Source of the DNA: Tubiluchus corallicola | Taxonomy: Eukaryota > Animalia > Priapulida | NCBI GenBank assembly: GCA_030141605.1 | Contig: JAQGDQ010001055.1 | Span: 3,209 to 67,208, forward strand | DNA: 64,000 nucleotides | Direction: 5' to 3' | In this document: positions 1 through 10,983 of the stretch, piece by piece | Layout of the letters: each line of letters starts with the position of its first letter | Position numbering within the stretch: the stretch's first letter is position 1 | The notes under the pieces: model-generated | Seen by the model: only the letters and a program-made list of their open reading frames with translations | The model's database searches: none | Told to the model about the DNA's origin: nothing | Translations under genes and position numbers: made by a program

Positions 1-1317
1 TGTTGTCCAGGTACTTTCGTTATTGAGTTTGCTTTGTTGTGGGATTTGCTTTACGTTTTTATATGGTGCATGTACATTAAGGCAATATTCGACATTATAT
101 GTCAGAATATTAACTTGTGTATCTATTTTATCAGTCATATATACGGAGGTCCAGTTCATTTTTGCTAAGTCGCTTAAGTATGAATGTTTGTTGTATTGGG
201 CGTAGTCTCTCATTAAATGCCAGACTGAATTTTGGTTATTATTATGCTGTGGGGTCATTTTATCTACTAATATTGTGAAATGATGATCTGAATAATCACA
301 CGGGAAAGTATCATATGCTACGAAATTATTGTTACTATTCGAAATGAAATGGTCGATTACTGTGGCTGATGTTTTAGAAATTCGAGTAGGTTTATTGTTG
401 TTAAGTATGTGGACATTATATTGTTTTAAGAGCTCTGTGTATGTTTTGTATGCCAGTGTGTTTGTAGCTAAAATATCAAGGTTGAAATCGCCCATTATAA
501 GAACTTTTTTATTTTCGAAAACACTGCGTTCTAGTTCTTCACTAAAGTATTTGAAAAATGTTTTGTGTTTGAGATTGGGTGGTCTATATATGGTTCCTAT
601 TACATAGTTCTCAATGCTGCACCAAACAGATTCAATCTTGCCGGTTCTGATGCCTTTCATTTCTTGTGGTCTCAGGTGTGAAGGTATATACATCGCAACC
701 CCTCCACCTTTCTTATTTTTACATCTATCTCTTCTTATTAATGTGTGATTAGGTAATTCTATAGTGTTGCTAAGTATTTGTTTATGTAGCCAAGTTTCTG
801 TTATGCCTACAATCAGATTTTCGGTGGCGTGAATTGTATCTTTCAGCAGCCAGTGTTTTTTGACGAGACTTTGAATATTTATATTTAGAAATTTGATGTT
901 CTTTTTATAAGTAATCATGAATTTTTTTAGCTCATCACTGGTATTATTATTGTTGGTGTTATTATTATTATTATTTGGCAAAATGGGTCCAGGGTTAGTT
1001 TCGATACCAGCAAGTATAAGTAGTAAACGAATTATGGTTAAAATGTAAGCCAGTTCAGAACATGAGTATAGAGTGCTTTCAAAGTTAGATGAAATCTGTA
1101 ATTTTTCCAATTTTTTTTTTAGAGCTACGTATTTTAGATTGACATGACGCATTTGTCTTATAGCACTGAGGTACACAACTTTTAAGATGGATACATATAT
1201 TTTTAAAATAAATTGCATAGAGTGTCTTATTCTATCGCTATTTACAGGAAAAGCAATGAAAAAGTTGTTTAAATTACCTTTAGTCATTACATTACAAATT
1301 ACTGTTATGTAGATCAT
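1..1317 (-). mobile_element. Non-LTR retrotransposon (LINE, L2/Crack/CR1 group) ORF, 5' part: leader + 2A-like peptide + APE endonuclease + linker; runs off the window edge
   Basis: Manual translation gives an open frame from ATG 1317 to base 1 with no stop (439 codons; upstream in-frame TAG at ~1365). APE motifs occur in order: FLNINIQSL, VGITETWL, RRDR..KKGGGVAMYI, IYRPP, IMGDFN, KPTRIS..TVIDH, DYSDH. These are followed by the RDY..YN..YLSDL..NW and HAP linker typical of L2/CR1-group ORF2. The RT domain would lie outside the window. Confidence 0.93.
985..1044 (-). other. 2A-like (StopGo) translational recoding peptide ILTIIRLLLILAGIETNPG|P
   Basis: Codons 1008-985 read G-I-E-T-N-P-G-P, matching the (D/G)(V/I)ExNPGP consensus. 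They are preceded by a hydrophobic run and are in frame with the APE domain. Confidence 0.85.
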
Positions 1318-2679
1318 TTTCAGTTTTAGTATGGATAGTAATGTACAGTTGCTACTATCTTGCTACAGTTTAATCTTGATCCTTGTAGAAACAATACATA
1401 GTTGCAGAACGTCTATGGAAACAAGAAAAGGAAGAGGTGTCGTGCTGGATATTTAGCCAAAATAACAATATTTATAAACAGTTTAAAAAGTATTAAGGTT
1501 GGTCACGTTACTTGTGTCTCGCACGGTGATAGTCATTTGTGCCTATCTAACCAGATAGAGTGGACACCGAGGAAACAACGCAATGACCAATGAGGCGGCT
1601 TTTATTTAGCACTTACTGTTCTTCGATTGCTGAGGGCTTTACTCACATGCCCAGCCACATTTGCACTTAAAGCCTATACGAAATACACAGTTAAAGCGTG
1701 TGTTCGTGATCATTTTTGTGTTTTTTGCCATAAAAACTTTGTGCAGCTAAAATTCATTAATAGTAGTGAAGAATGGTAAACCGTTGTGTAATGTGGATGT
1801 TCGCTATCTAGAAAGATTAGGAGTTTGACTTAAAACTTTCCCCATCCCAAAAAAGACAAGTGTCACCGATGGGTCAGAGCATGCGGGAGGCAACATGAAC
1901 AGCTCATACCATTAAAAATTAACAAAAATCGTGCTGGCTGCTCAGAGTCTTTTAATGTTTCATTATTACACTGTACTACATGTATAATTTGTTACTGCTG
2001 GCTACATGTAGAGTGTGTCCTGCTGAATCAGGACTTAAGGCACTACAACAAGATGTTCCAGGTACTGTACAGCAAAAAATAGGATTTCGTTGGTTGAGTA
2101 TGACTGGCTGAACGTACAGTAGTATAATTAAATAGTTCAGCTGGGCTGACTTACTTGATTTTTATACATTTTTTCAGTTTTCGTGTTTATGTTAGAATTA
2201 GGCTTTACTTTACTTTAGAAATTTTGCTTTACGACACAACATGCAAACCATAGTTAATACACCGTTTCATATTTGTTATTTTAGTACTTTGTTGCAACTT
2301 TTATTATAACTAACGCTTTTATTATAACTATGTTTGAATTTTCGCAATAAATCTTGATATAGTGCACATATACTTGCGTATAATAATTAAATCCTCTTTA
2401 TAAGAATTTACTAGACAAGTTCTTATAGTTATTTATAGTCTTAATTAATTAGTACTGTTAGGCTGGAAGCGTTAGTGGGCTACGTGGCTGCATATTTCTC
2501 TTATCAGAAGACAGCAGTATTTCTCAAGATTGCTACTCCACATTGTGTTACCTAAAAGTTTTGCAACAGGCTGCTGTAGAACAATACCTGCATTAATTTT
2601 GTTAATACGGCAAAAATATACAGTATAACACATGTATTGTTGTAGGTATAATAACATTATTAAAATAAAAATTGATATA

Positions 2680-3132
2680 CAGTCAACCTCGGATATAAGG
2701 GATGGTTTTTTACCCTTATAGCCGAAGTTGAGTCAGACCGCGGGTGTATCTAGACCAGTACTTTTCTGTACTTTCACGCACATTTTTATGGATTATTACT
2801 ACACATTCAGTGCAAACGGTATGTAGGAAACTCCTTCAGTTATGCGAGATGTATGTGACTGTGGAAACCGAGCTGTTCGAAGACCAAATTTGCAAAAAAT
2901 TGAGGTTAAAAAGCGATCAATTTCGCTTTGATCATAGGGTCCCTTATATGCAAGGTAATTTACCTGGGTTTCTATTACGCAGGACCTGAAGATATCGTCC
3001 CTTATAACCGAAAGTCCTTTATATCCGAGTACCTTATATACGAAGCTTTTTACACAGGAAAAATGTTATGAAAAATCGGGACCAGTGTTGGTGGTCCCTT
3101 ATAAGCGAGTACCTTATACCCGAGGTTGACTG
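2680..3132. mobile_element. pogo/Tigger-like (Tc1/mariner superfamily) MITE
   Basis: 21-bp TIRs CAGTCAACCTCGG(A/G)TATAAGG with one mismatch, TA on both flanks (2678-79, 3133-34), and internal CCTTATAnCCGA subterminal repeats; no transposase ORF. Confidence 0.9.
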
Positions 3133-3194
3133 TATTAAAATTAACTAGGAAACAAAATAGCGGTTCCAGACCATAATGGCCTTTGATATTTAAT

Positions 3195-3277
3195 GAACCT
3201 CACCTTACTGCCAACCCTGCTATAATGCCATATTTAGTCGTGTCTCAGACCTGGAGTTATAACGAAGTTTGACTGTA
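3195..3277. mobile_element. Remnant of a second pogo/Tigger-like MITE end
   Basis: Ends in TTATAACGAAGTTTGACTG-TA; a related degenerate end (ATTATAGCAAGGCTTGACTAC) occurs at ~56590-56641. Confidence 0.4.
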
Positions 3278-3535
3278 GTTTGACAAATATTCCATGCAAA
3301 ATTTTATAATGCTAAAAAATTCCGCTATTATCATTTAATAATATAATAATAAAGAAAAACAGTAAAGACACCCTAAAATGTTAAGTAAATTTTATAACAT
3401 TGATTTGTTATATTTTGAACCAATTTTTCAAATCGTTTGTTGTTAAATGGCAATTAATCACACACAAATAATGCAAAGTGAAACTTTGGAAACAAGGAAA
3501 ACAACTGATTATTACTAATAGACTACAGGGCATAA

Positions 3536-4690
3536 TCACAATGATGTTTTTTCGACTTCCCTTTCCCTTCTGCGTGATTCATCATAATTTTTTCTAAGAA
3601 ATCTCAGAACAGGCTCAACATTTTTCTTATATTTTGCTGATACAGGTATCACAGGCTTATCAATGTGTTTAAAAACATTCAAATTTCTTTGGGACACTGA
3701 CAAATCGGCTTTATTGGCAACAATTGCATGTGGAATTGTCGACAATCCTTGCTTGTACTGCTCTAGTTCATACTTTAAGTCTTCAAACTGACTTAGCGGA
3801 TCATCAACTGAAAGATCTATAACAAACAGCAAACATTCACATCTTTCAACATGCTTCAGAAAGCTATAACCCAATCCTCTATTTAGATGAGCATCTTTTA
3901 TTAGACCTGGAATATCTGCTACAGATATTTGTTCATAGTCTTCATATTGCACAACCCCAATAAAAGGATTTCTTGTCGTAAATGGATATGCAGCTACCTT
4001 AGGTCTTGCACGAGAAATTGCTCTTAATAAGGTAGACTTTCCAGCATTGGGAAATCCAACCAAGCCTGCATTAGCTATTGTTCTAAGCTCCAACTGCACT
4101 TGCTTACTTTCACCTTGCGCACCTTCTTCAGCTAGGTAAGGAGCTCGATTTTCATCAGAAGCGAAAAAGTTGTTACCCTTCCCTCCTGCACCACCTCTTG
4201 CAGCAATATAAATATCACCTGCTTTTTGCAAGTCCCCAATAATATGTCCATTATCATCAAAAACCATTGTTCCAGGAGGCACTTTAATCACAAGATGCTG
4301 GGCATTTTCGCCAGTACAGTTCTTTGTTCCTCCATTTTTTCCACTATCTGCTATATTGACTGTCTTCACATGACAAAGCGATTTACAGTTCATATCAACT
4401 TCAAGGATAACATGGCCGCCATAACCACCATCTCCACCATCAGGACCAGCCCACTCATTACACCACAATCTAAGAAACGATATACCACCATCACCCCCAT
4501 TGCCTCCTTGCACCTTTACCATTCTATAATCAATAAACAGCTTCTTGTTATCTTGCAAAGCTCGTGGCTTCTTCCATTTCATGACTTTAATTGTATCAGA
4601 AGCTTTCTCAAAAGTTTCAGCAGTTGTCTTCACAGAAAACAATGCAGAAATTGGGAAAAAGCTAGGCATACGAGAAAAAGTTTTAAGCAT
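3536..4690 (-). CDS. MTG2: Mitochondrial ribosome-associated GTPase 2 (Obg family, GTPBP5), single coding exon, 384 aa
   Basis: Gly-rich Obg fold (FIDYRMVKVQGGNGGDG, GPDGGDGGYGG, ARGGAGGKGN) and G1 GFPNAGKST, G2 YPFTT, G3 DIPG, G4 NKAD, G5 SAK. The N-terminus is basic and Ser-rich like a mitochondrial presequence; an in-frame TAG lies 4 codons upstream of the ATG. Confidence 0.93.
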   Translation of the reverse strand: MLKTFSRMPSFFPISALFSVKTTAETFEKASDTIKVMKWKKPRALQDNKKLFIDYRMVKVQGGNGGDGGISFLRLWCNEWAGPDGGDGGYGGHVILEVDMNCKSLCHVKTVNIADSGKNGGTKNCTGENAQHLVIKVPPGTMVFDDNGHIIGDLQKAGDIYIAARGGAGGKGNNFFASDENRAPYLAEEGAQGESKQVQLELRTIANAGLVGFPNAGKSTLLRAISRARPKVAAYPFTTRNPFIGVVQYEDYEQISVADIPGLIKDAHLNRGLGYSFLKHVERCECLLFVIDLSVDDPLSQFEDLKYELEQYKQGLSTIPHAIVANKADLSVSQRNLNVFKHIDKPVIPVSAKYKKNVEPVLRFLRKNYDESRRREREVEKTSL

Positions 4691-5309
4691 TTCAAAGCAC
4701 TATCAACTGCCAACCAATTTCATGTATCTGCTATGCATAACATCTTCTTAAAGTATGTATGAAAACATAAACAGTTGCACAGTTCAACTCTTTATCACAA
4801 AAGAAAATTAAAAGTTATTAACAGAGCACATTTTAATCAAAGTCAAGTAGGTTATGTTTTTTTGTTCCTTGTTGCACTACTAATGAAAACTAAAGCAAAT
4901 TAAGTCCGTCACCAATAGTTTCTCTTCCCCTTGTTCCAAATTCAGTTTTCACTTAGAATCATTAGAAGCCAATGACATAGTTTATATGCTTTTGTGTACC
5001 ACTAAATGGAAATGAGCACTTTGCAGGAGTTCTCAGAAAAGTTGTAACTTGCAAAATTAGCACCTACACAAATATAAAAAATACACAATTAATAAAATAC
5101 AGCATTTGGGCATTTGTAGTCTTGTCATTTAATACTAGATTTATTCCTGACTACCGTAGAAAAATAACTTTGTTGCACAGCTTTAAAGCTGTATAATATC
5201 ATCATCCTGTATAATGGGATACCACAAGCAGTATGTGCCTCAGTTATCAGTAAATAGCACATTGTACATCAGGATCAAGGCAGCGCTGTTGATTGGCGCA
5301 AAACATCTC

Positions 5310-5560
5310 CTTATTCCAAGTCGGTGTCCCACAACAGATGCTGAAAAAAGAGGTGGAAGTTTTATATGATTATACGCAGGATGTCATGCTAGGCCGTCCG
5401 AATCAGGATGTCATGCTCGACACACTTACATGAAACATTTGTGCCTGCAGATCAGCTGGTCCAACCACCTCAACGAGTCAGTCATGCAAAAGATTGTAAC
5501 AAAGAGGAAGCTTGAGGCGATGGTGAAGAAAAGGAAACTGCGGTATTTTGAACTTATTAT
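5310..5560 (+). mobile_element. Decayed RTE-clade LINE fragments
   Basis: ORF 5430 reads LQISWSNHLNESVMQKIVTKRKLEAMVKKRKLRYFE, resembling the RTE C-terminal motif (L.ISW.DH..NE.V...R.LRYFGH). An endonuclease-like piece (PTTDAEKEVEVLYD) lies just upstream. Confidence 0.6.
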
Positions 5561-7546
5561 CATTAATTTCTGCACTTCTGTCTTAGTAAGTAGGATAAAT
5601 GAGAAGGTAGTTATGAAGAAGGTGAACGTAATATCTAGAATGGACTGGTGACATGTACGGCAACGGTAATTGAGAGGAACAGAAGGTGCATACGTTTCCA
5701 TAATTTCTGTACCCTCTATATTGAGGATAGGATTAGGAAACACAAGGCCAGACTTATTATACGTAGCAGTTCTTAGATGCATAAAGATAATGCACCTATT
5801 ACACAACTTCGTGTATGGGCTTCCCATAAACTGCTCGTTACATTCAGTACAAGAAGTTATCTCATTTTAGACTGAATTTAATTCAAGTACTAACATCTAA
5901 TAATAATAAAACTGGATAACATTACCAACATAGATAAGATGGATAGTAAGCATTGTAGACTGAATTTCGTTTTACACTCTACTTTGTTGTAACCTACGCA
6001 TTATGAATACTGTTATTATTAATATTACAATAGTTTGCATTAACATTATTTAGCCTCATAAAAACTTGTACTAGGCCTACAGTTTGCAGTGCAGGTAAGT
6101 CTCACAACTTTATAATTCAATTCAATTTTTATTTAGTCAAATACTCTATTATGTACATTGTACACTCTATTATGGTACCATTATAAACACAGTTAATATA
6201 ACAAAGGTCAAATACATATTATAACATAAGCTTTACGCAAATTCATAGGTTATTTTTACAAACAGTGAATCACGAATGTAAAAGTTATCAAAAAATCAAA
6301 TCAAATTTGTTTTTTCTCTCTGACACTTCAGGAACGAATACGCATATAAAAATATATAAACATAAATATAGTACTAATGCCACTAGTAATGGCATTAATG
6401 CGTTAATGAATGTAGAAATAAAGTCAATGAGATAGGGCAGCGAATTGACTAAAAAGTCATCATGTCACCTACATAAGCCGCACTGATCCATGCAGCAACT
6501 CAAAAACGTAAAATATACTTGTAAAAACTTAGCCAAAATCCAAAAACCACGAAAGCCGTAACATGTCTAAGACTTATTATTCTTCGGCAAAGTACAAGTG
6601 AATATCTTTTAGCCAACCACACTTGGTTAACATTTCTTTGTTCTTATCGACGACAATTTTGTCGATGATTTAGTAACATTCTCGACGCCTTTCTACGACT
6701 CATATGGCTTGAGAAATTTTAGTAGTGAAATCGAAATTTTAATAATTTGTTTGAAAATTGCCCATAGAGATTGTGCTAAATTGTGTTATTCACATGCTGT
6801 TTCAAGTGAAAATTGCACAAATTTGGGATCAAAGTCGGTTCATTCATTACTCCGCACAGGTCTATATCAGAATGCCTATCACAAATTATCATCAAGTACT
6901 GTTTGCATAATAAATACTATTGTAATTACAAATTTTCGTAAATGTGTTATGCTATACAGAGCAGGAAAAATAACAATTACAATAATTTCTCTATTTATTT
7001 TACTAACAAACTGACCATAAATAAACTTTAAATATTTGCAAAATTTTGTCATAATTATCTTCTTAAACATTTCCAAATTGCCCTGTTGGTACCCCTACAA
7101 GTTGTGGCTTCCTAAAACATACATAATCTAATGTTATGTTTATGTTAATAAGTTGACATACGGACACATTACTGGTAATATTTATTTTATGTACATCATC
7201 TGAATCTATACTAATAGAAATTGAGAGAGAGAAATCAAACACTGTAGTGATATAGAATGTAATGTAGTTGAAGTTGTGAATTATTTGAATATTGAATAAA
7301 ATTTTAGGTTTTAATTGAATTCAAATTTTTGTGTACTGGAACAATCTTAGCTATTTTTAAAATATTTTTAAAAATTTTAAAATAAAATATACCAAACACA
7401 ATTCCTGATTTACTAACCTTACCTCACAGTTCCAATGAGAGACTTTTTGACATTGTTTATAAAGTTTTTACAGGTTGTGATTTAATTTCGTCAGATTACC
7501 CTGCAATTAGAAGAATTTACGTTGTGAAAGTAATATATACTATCAA

Positions 7547-7584
7547 TCTCTCTCTCACACACACACACACACACACTCACACAC
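7547..7584. repeat. Compound (CT)n(CA)n microsatellite
   Basis: tctctctctcacacacacacacacacacactcacacac read directly. Confidence 0.85.
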
Positions 7585-8162
7585 TCTGTCTCCCGGTCGC
7601 TTACTAGACTCATAGTAACTATAGCTAATTTAATAGCCGTGTGTCACCATAATACGAAATAAAACAAAGCCGAAATAAAGTAAATGTTATGAGAAGAAGA
7701 AGAGTACTACTATTAATTCTAGGAGCATGACGAAATGAAATTTATGTGTGTTTTTTTCAGTAACGCTATAAAACTTATTAAAAAAGTTTTGCTGAAATTT
7801 TGGTAACTAAGGTACCGAACTACATGTTCTTTCACACCAACCTCTTTGTGGTTGACTTGGTGACCCTTGGTCTTTTCGCCACCCCGTCTCTTTTCCGTCT
7901 TTATTTTAGTTTTTACCTTTTGTTTATGTTTATTTTGTAACATTCAGAGACAAATAAATTTTTTACTTACTTACTCACACACTATACTATAAATGTTGCA
8001 AACAGATATTTTTACAATTATATAAGCCGTGTATTTTTTAGCATTTTAGTCGTATATAGTTTCTGTGTTGTTAGTGTCTTTGTGTCTCCATTGAATTGAT
8101 CATATTTTCATGTCTAGATTCCTGATGTGGCTTTAAGTGCAGTAGCTTTATATAAAGTTATA

Positions 8163-8664
8163 CAGTACAGTCGATAACTAGCCTCACTTCAAATGATGGG
8201 GCTACGGTTAATGATTGCTACGTGCGATTTTCTCGCTTGCAGGACATCCTTGTGTACTTGTATTGCTTCGCCATATACCGCAGTGCTGTGTACCGCCTCA
8301 CTGTATACTAACTTGCCATATACTTCACCTTGCAGTACATTGCGCTGCAGTACGTGGGTATGTCCAGCAAGCACAAACATACCACATAGTGCACATAGGC
8401 TGAAACCTATTTGCATATTTTTGATTGCTGGTTAACGCAGGCCTTTCTGTTTAATGCTCCTGAGAATATTTCTAGTGTTGTTTTCCAATGGCAGAAATAC
8501 AAATAAGATAAACACATACAGCAATTAAGCCAGCACTTCTATTAGATAAATGAACAAAAGCAATACTAAATTAGTAAGTCTGAAAAATATCATACCTCTG
8601 CCTGAGACTCTAGCCGAAGTCCTGCTTTTTGGGTAACTGTGCCAAGTTGCTAACTATTACACTG
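8163..8664. mobile_element. Possible degraded Tigger-like MITE
   Basis: TA-CAGT ... ACTG-TA ends with only weak further inverted similarity. Confidence 0.25.
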
Positions 8665-8993
8665 TATAATGTTACTAAGCAAAAGAATTTTGTCAGACCT
8701 TTATATGCATGAAAGTGATGAATTTTCTTGTTACACTTATACTCGACTGCTTGTTGTCAAGGTTGGTAGGGCACATATTAGCACAATTAAAGCTAGTATT
8801 GGGGTTTCTTTATAAAGTGTGTGCTCATCGCTTTATAAAATTTCAGTGCTTGAAATAAATTTAGAAAGTCGTCATTAAAATGAAACGTGCGATGTAGTGA
8901 AAGAAAAATGTCAATATATCAGCATCGTTAAAACAAAACATTTCTAAACTTGGCATCGCTAAGCGAAGTCTTACTATGCAGTTGGTTGCCTCT

Positions 8994-9116
8994 AATTATA
9001 GTCAAGTAATAACCAGTTTAACATTAAGCCTTCAAATTATAGTCAAATAATAACCAGTTTAACATTAAGCCTTCAAATTATAGTCAAGTAATAACCAGCT
9101 TAACATTAAGCCTTCA
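8994..9116. repeat. Tandem repeat, 41 bp x 3
   Basis: Unit AATTATAGTCAAGTAATAACCAGTTTAACATTAAGCCTTCA; copies 2 and 3 each differ from copy 1 by one base. Confidence 0.95.
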
Positions 9117-10351
9117 CACATTATCATTTAAGCAGTAGAACATAATCAATGTATTTCATTAATTGCAAGTAGAAGTTTAATTCAGTTCAAAAAATGACTA
9201 CATTAACACATTCCTACATTCACTGTAAAACTGCAAAACTCAAAAACTGTAAAAGTTTGGACAATCAAATTTGAATATTTATACTACTTGAAAGAAGACA
9301 GATTTCAGTGGTGTTTGGCTGCCTTGAATAACATGCTTAAGGTCAAAGATATATTGCATATAAAAAAGTTTAAAATTTTATTTAATTGACGTATATTAGG
9401 AAATCAAGTGAAAAGCAGATAGCTAATCATTACCAGGTTGGCATCAAGGATCATTATCACTCACTTGTGTTCTAATAACATATTTGGGGATGAATCTGTG
9501 AAGTAGAAACCAAGTTGGAAAATAAAAATTGCCATAAATTGCTATTGATATTGAACCGGGCATTTTTTCATATAAAAATGTTGGTTGTTGGTAGTGTGAA
9601 GTTATGTGCAGTAAATCCTTGTTTATATAGACTTCCGATATAACATATTATTTCTGAATTTATATCCTAATCAGACAAGTCTATTATAATGAAACCATGC
9701 ATCCATAAACATTTTCCACAGGCAGTAAACTTAATAAAGCCAGATTGATCTTGCTTGTTATCGTCAACTATGGTTTCAGATACACATTACCTAGCATGTC
9801 TGTTTGTGTCCATAGAAATTTTTGTATTCATGCTGTGTTCATCTATATTAAGTTCTCTTATGAGCAGAAACTTATCAAATTTGTGCAAAAATTTCTCCCA
9901 TATTTGCAAAGAGCTACAGTCAACCACTTATTATTAAATGCTGTTAAGCACCACTTCGAAGAAAGCTGCTAAATTGGGTTGATTCAGTGAATACTAATCC
10001 TCTTGTTTAACATTTTAATTCAAGTGTTAAATTCTATATAGTCAAATGAAAAAAGTTTATCAACTAGCAGGTACTGTTACGTCATTTCAAGGGAATTGTT
10101 TAGTTTACCAGAAGCAGTAAATATTTAAAAGTGACTAAACTAAACTGCACTGGTTATTTCCAATATGACATACTCATATATGAGGATAGTATGTTCCAGG
10201 GTGTATTTGTATGGACTACCCTTCCCCCTAATTAGTCCATTGTAATGAGGATTTACTGCAATTTCAGTGCCAGAAAACATTCCAGCTCATACATAATAAG
10301 GCGCGACATGCCTAGCTGAAAGGCTGTAATAATTAATGGTCTCAAGTTACT

Positions 10352-10409
10352 ATAGTGACTAAAATGGGGAGAGGGACAAGATAGTGACTAAAATGGGGAG
10401 AGGGACAAG
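10352..10409. repeat. Perfect tandem duplication, 29 bp x 2
   Basis: ATAGTGACTAAAATGGGGAGAGGGACAAG occurs twice. Confidence 0.95.
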
Positions 10410-10983
10410 AAACGGTGAAATTGCTGCAATCCCGCAAGCCAGTGCTAGCAACTGGGAATTTTTATCACTTGTCAAGCAGTACATCTACAGTGGTACCTTT
10501 CCTATTACTTTGACCTATTATTGTTTGTTTGTTGCACTCCTATATTTATATATAAGTCATCAGTAAATATTGAATAAGCCTTCATCTTACAAACATTATA
10601 AATAGGCAAACATTTCATCATAACGTTAACCATCGTGAATGTATGTAAATTTCTAAATATAGTTATAGTGCAATACAAAATCAAGTATTTTGTTGTTGAG
10701 ATGTGAAATAATCTCTAAATCATATTTTTGTAGGATTTTACAGAGTTTGTTGCTGTGCTGTTGCACAGTACCTACCCCAAGTCACCAAAAAATGCTGAGT
10801 TGTTGCTATTCAATTTTTGACATTGTATTTGTGTTTACTATTTAATCAAATGTAGATATACAAGTTATACAAATTTGATTTGCAATTATATTTCCTATGT
10901 ATTTTTCAGATTGATTTTGAGTATTTTTGTTAAAGCTTTCTAGTCATCATTACGTACAATCACAGAGGATTTTATAACTGAAG

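Noticed and set aside
4226-4762. 178-aa + strand ORF and other antisense ORFs (e.g. 24363, 25441, 30254, 57772, 23, 329)
   Set aside because: They are shadows of real coding sequence on the opposite strand and have no recognisable motifs.
6085-6100. Strong + strand donor CAG|GTAAGT as caspase first exon
   Set aside because: An isolated motif with no way to link it to the 10910 acceptor without transcript data.
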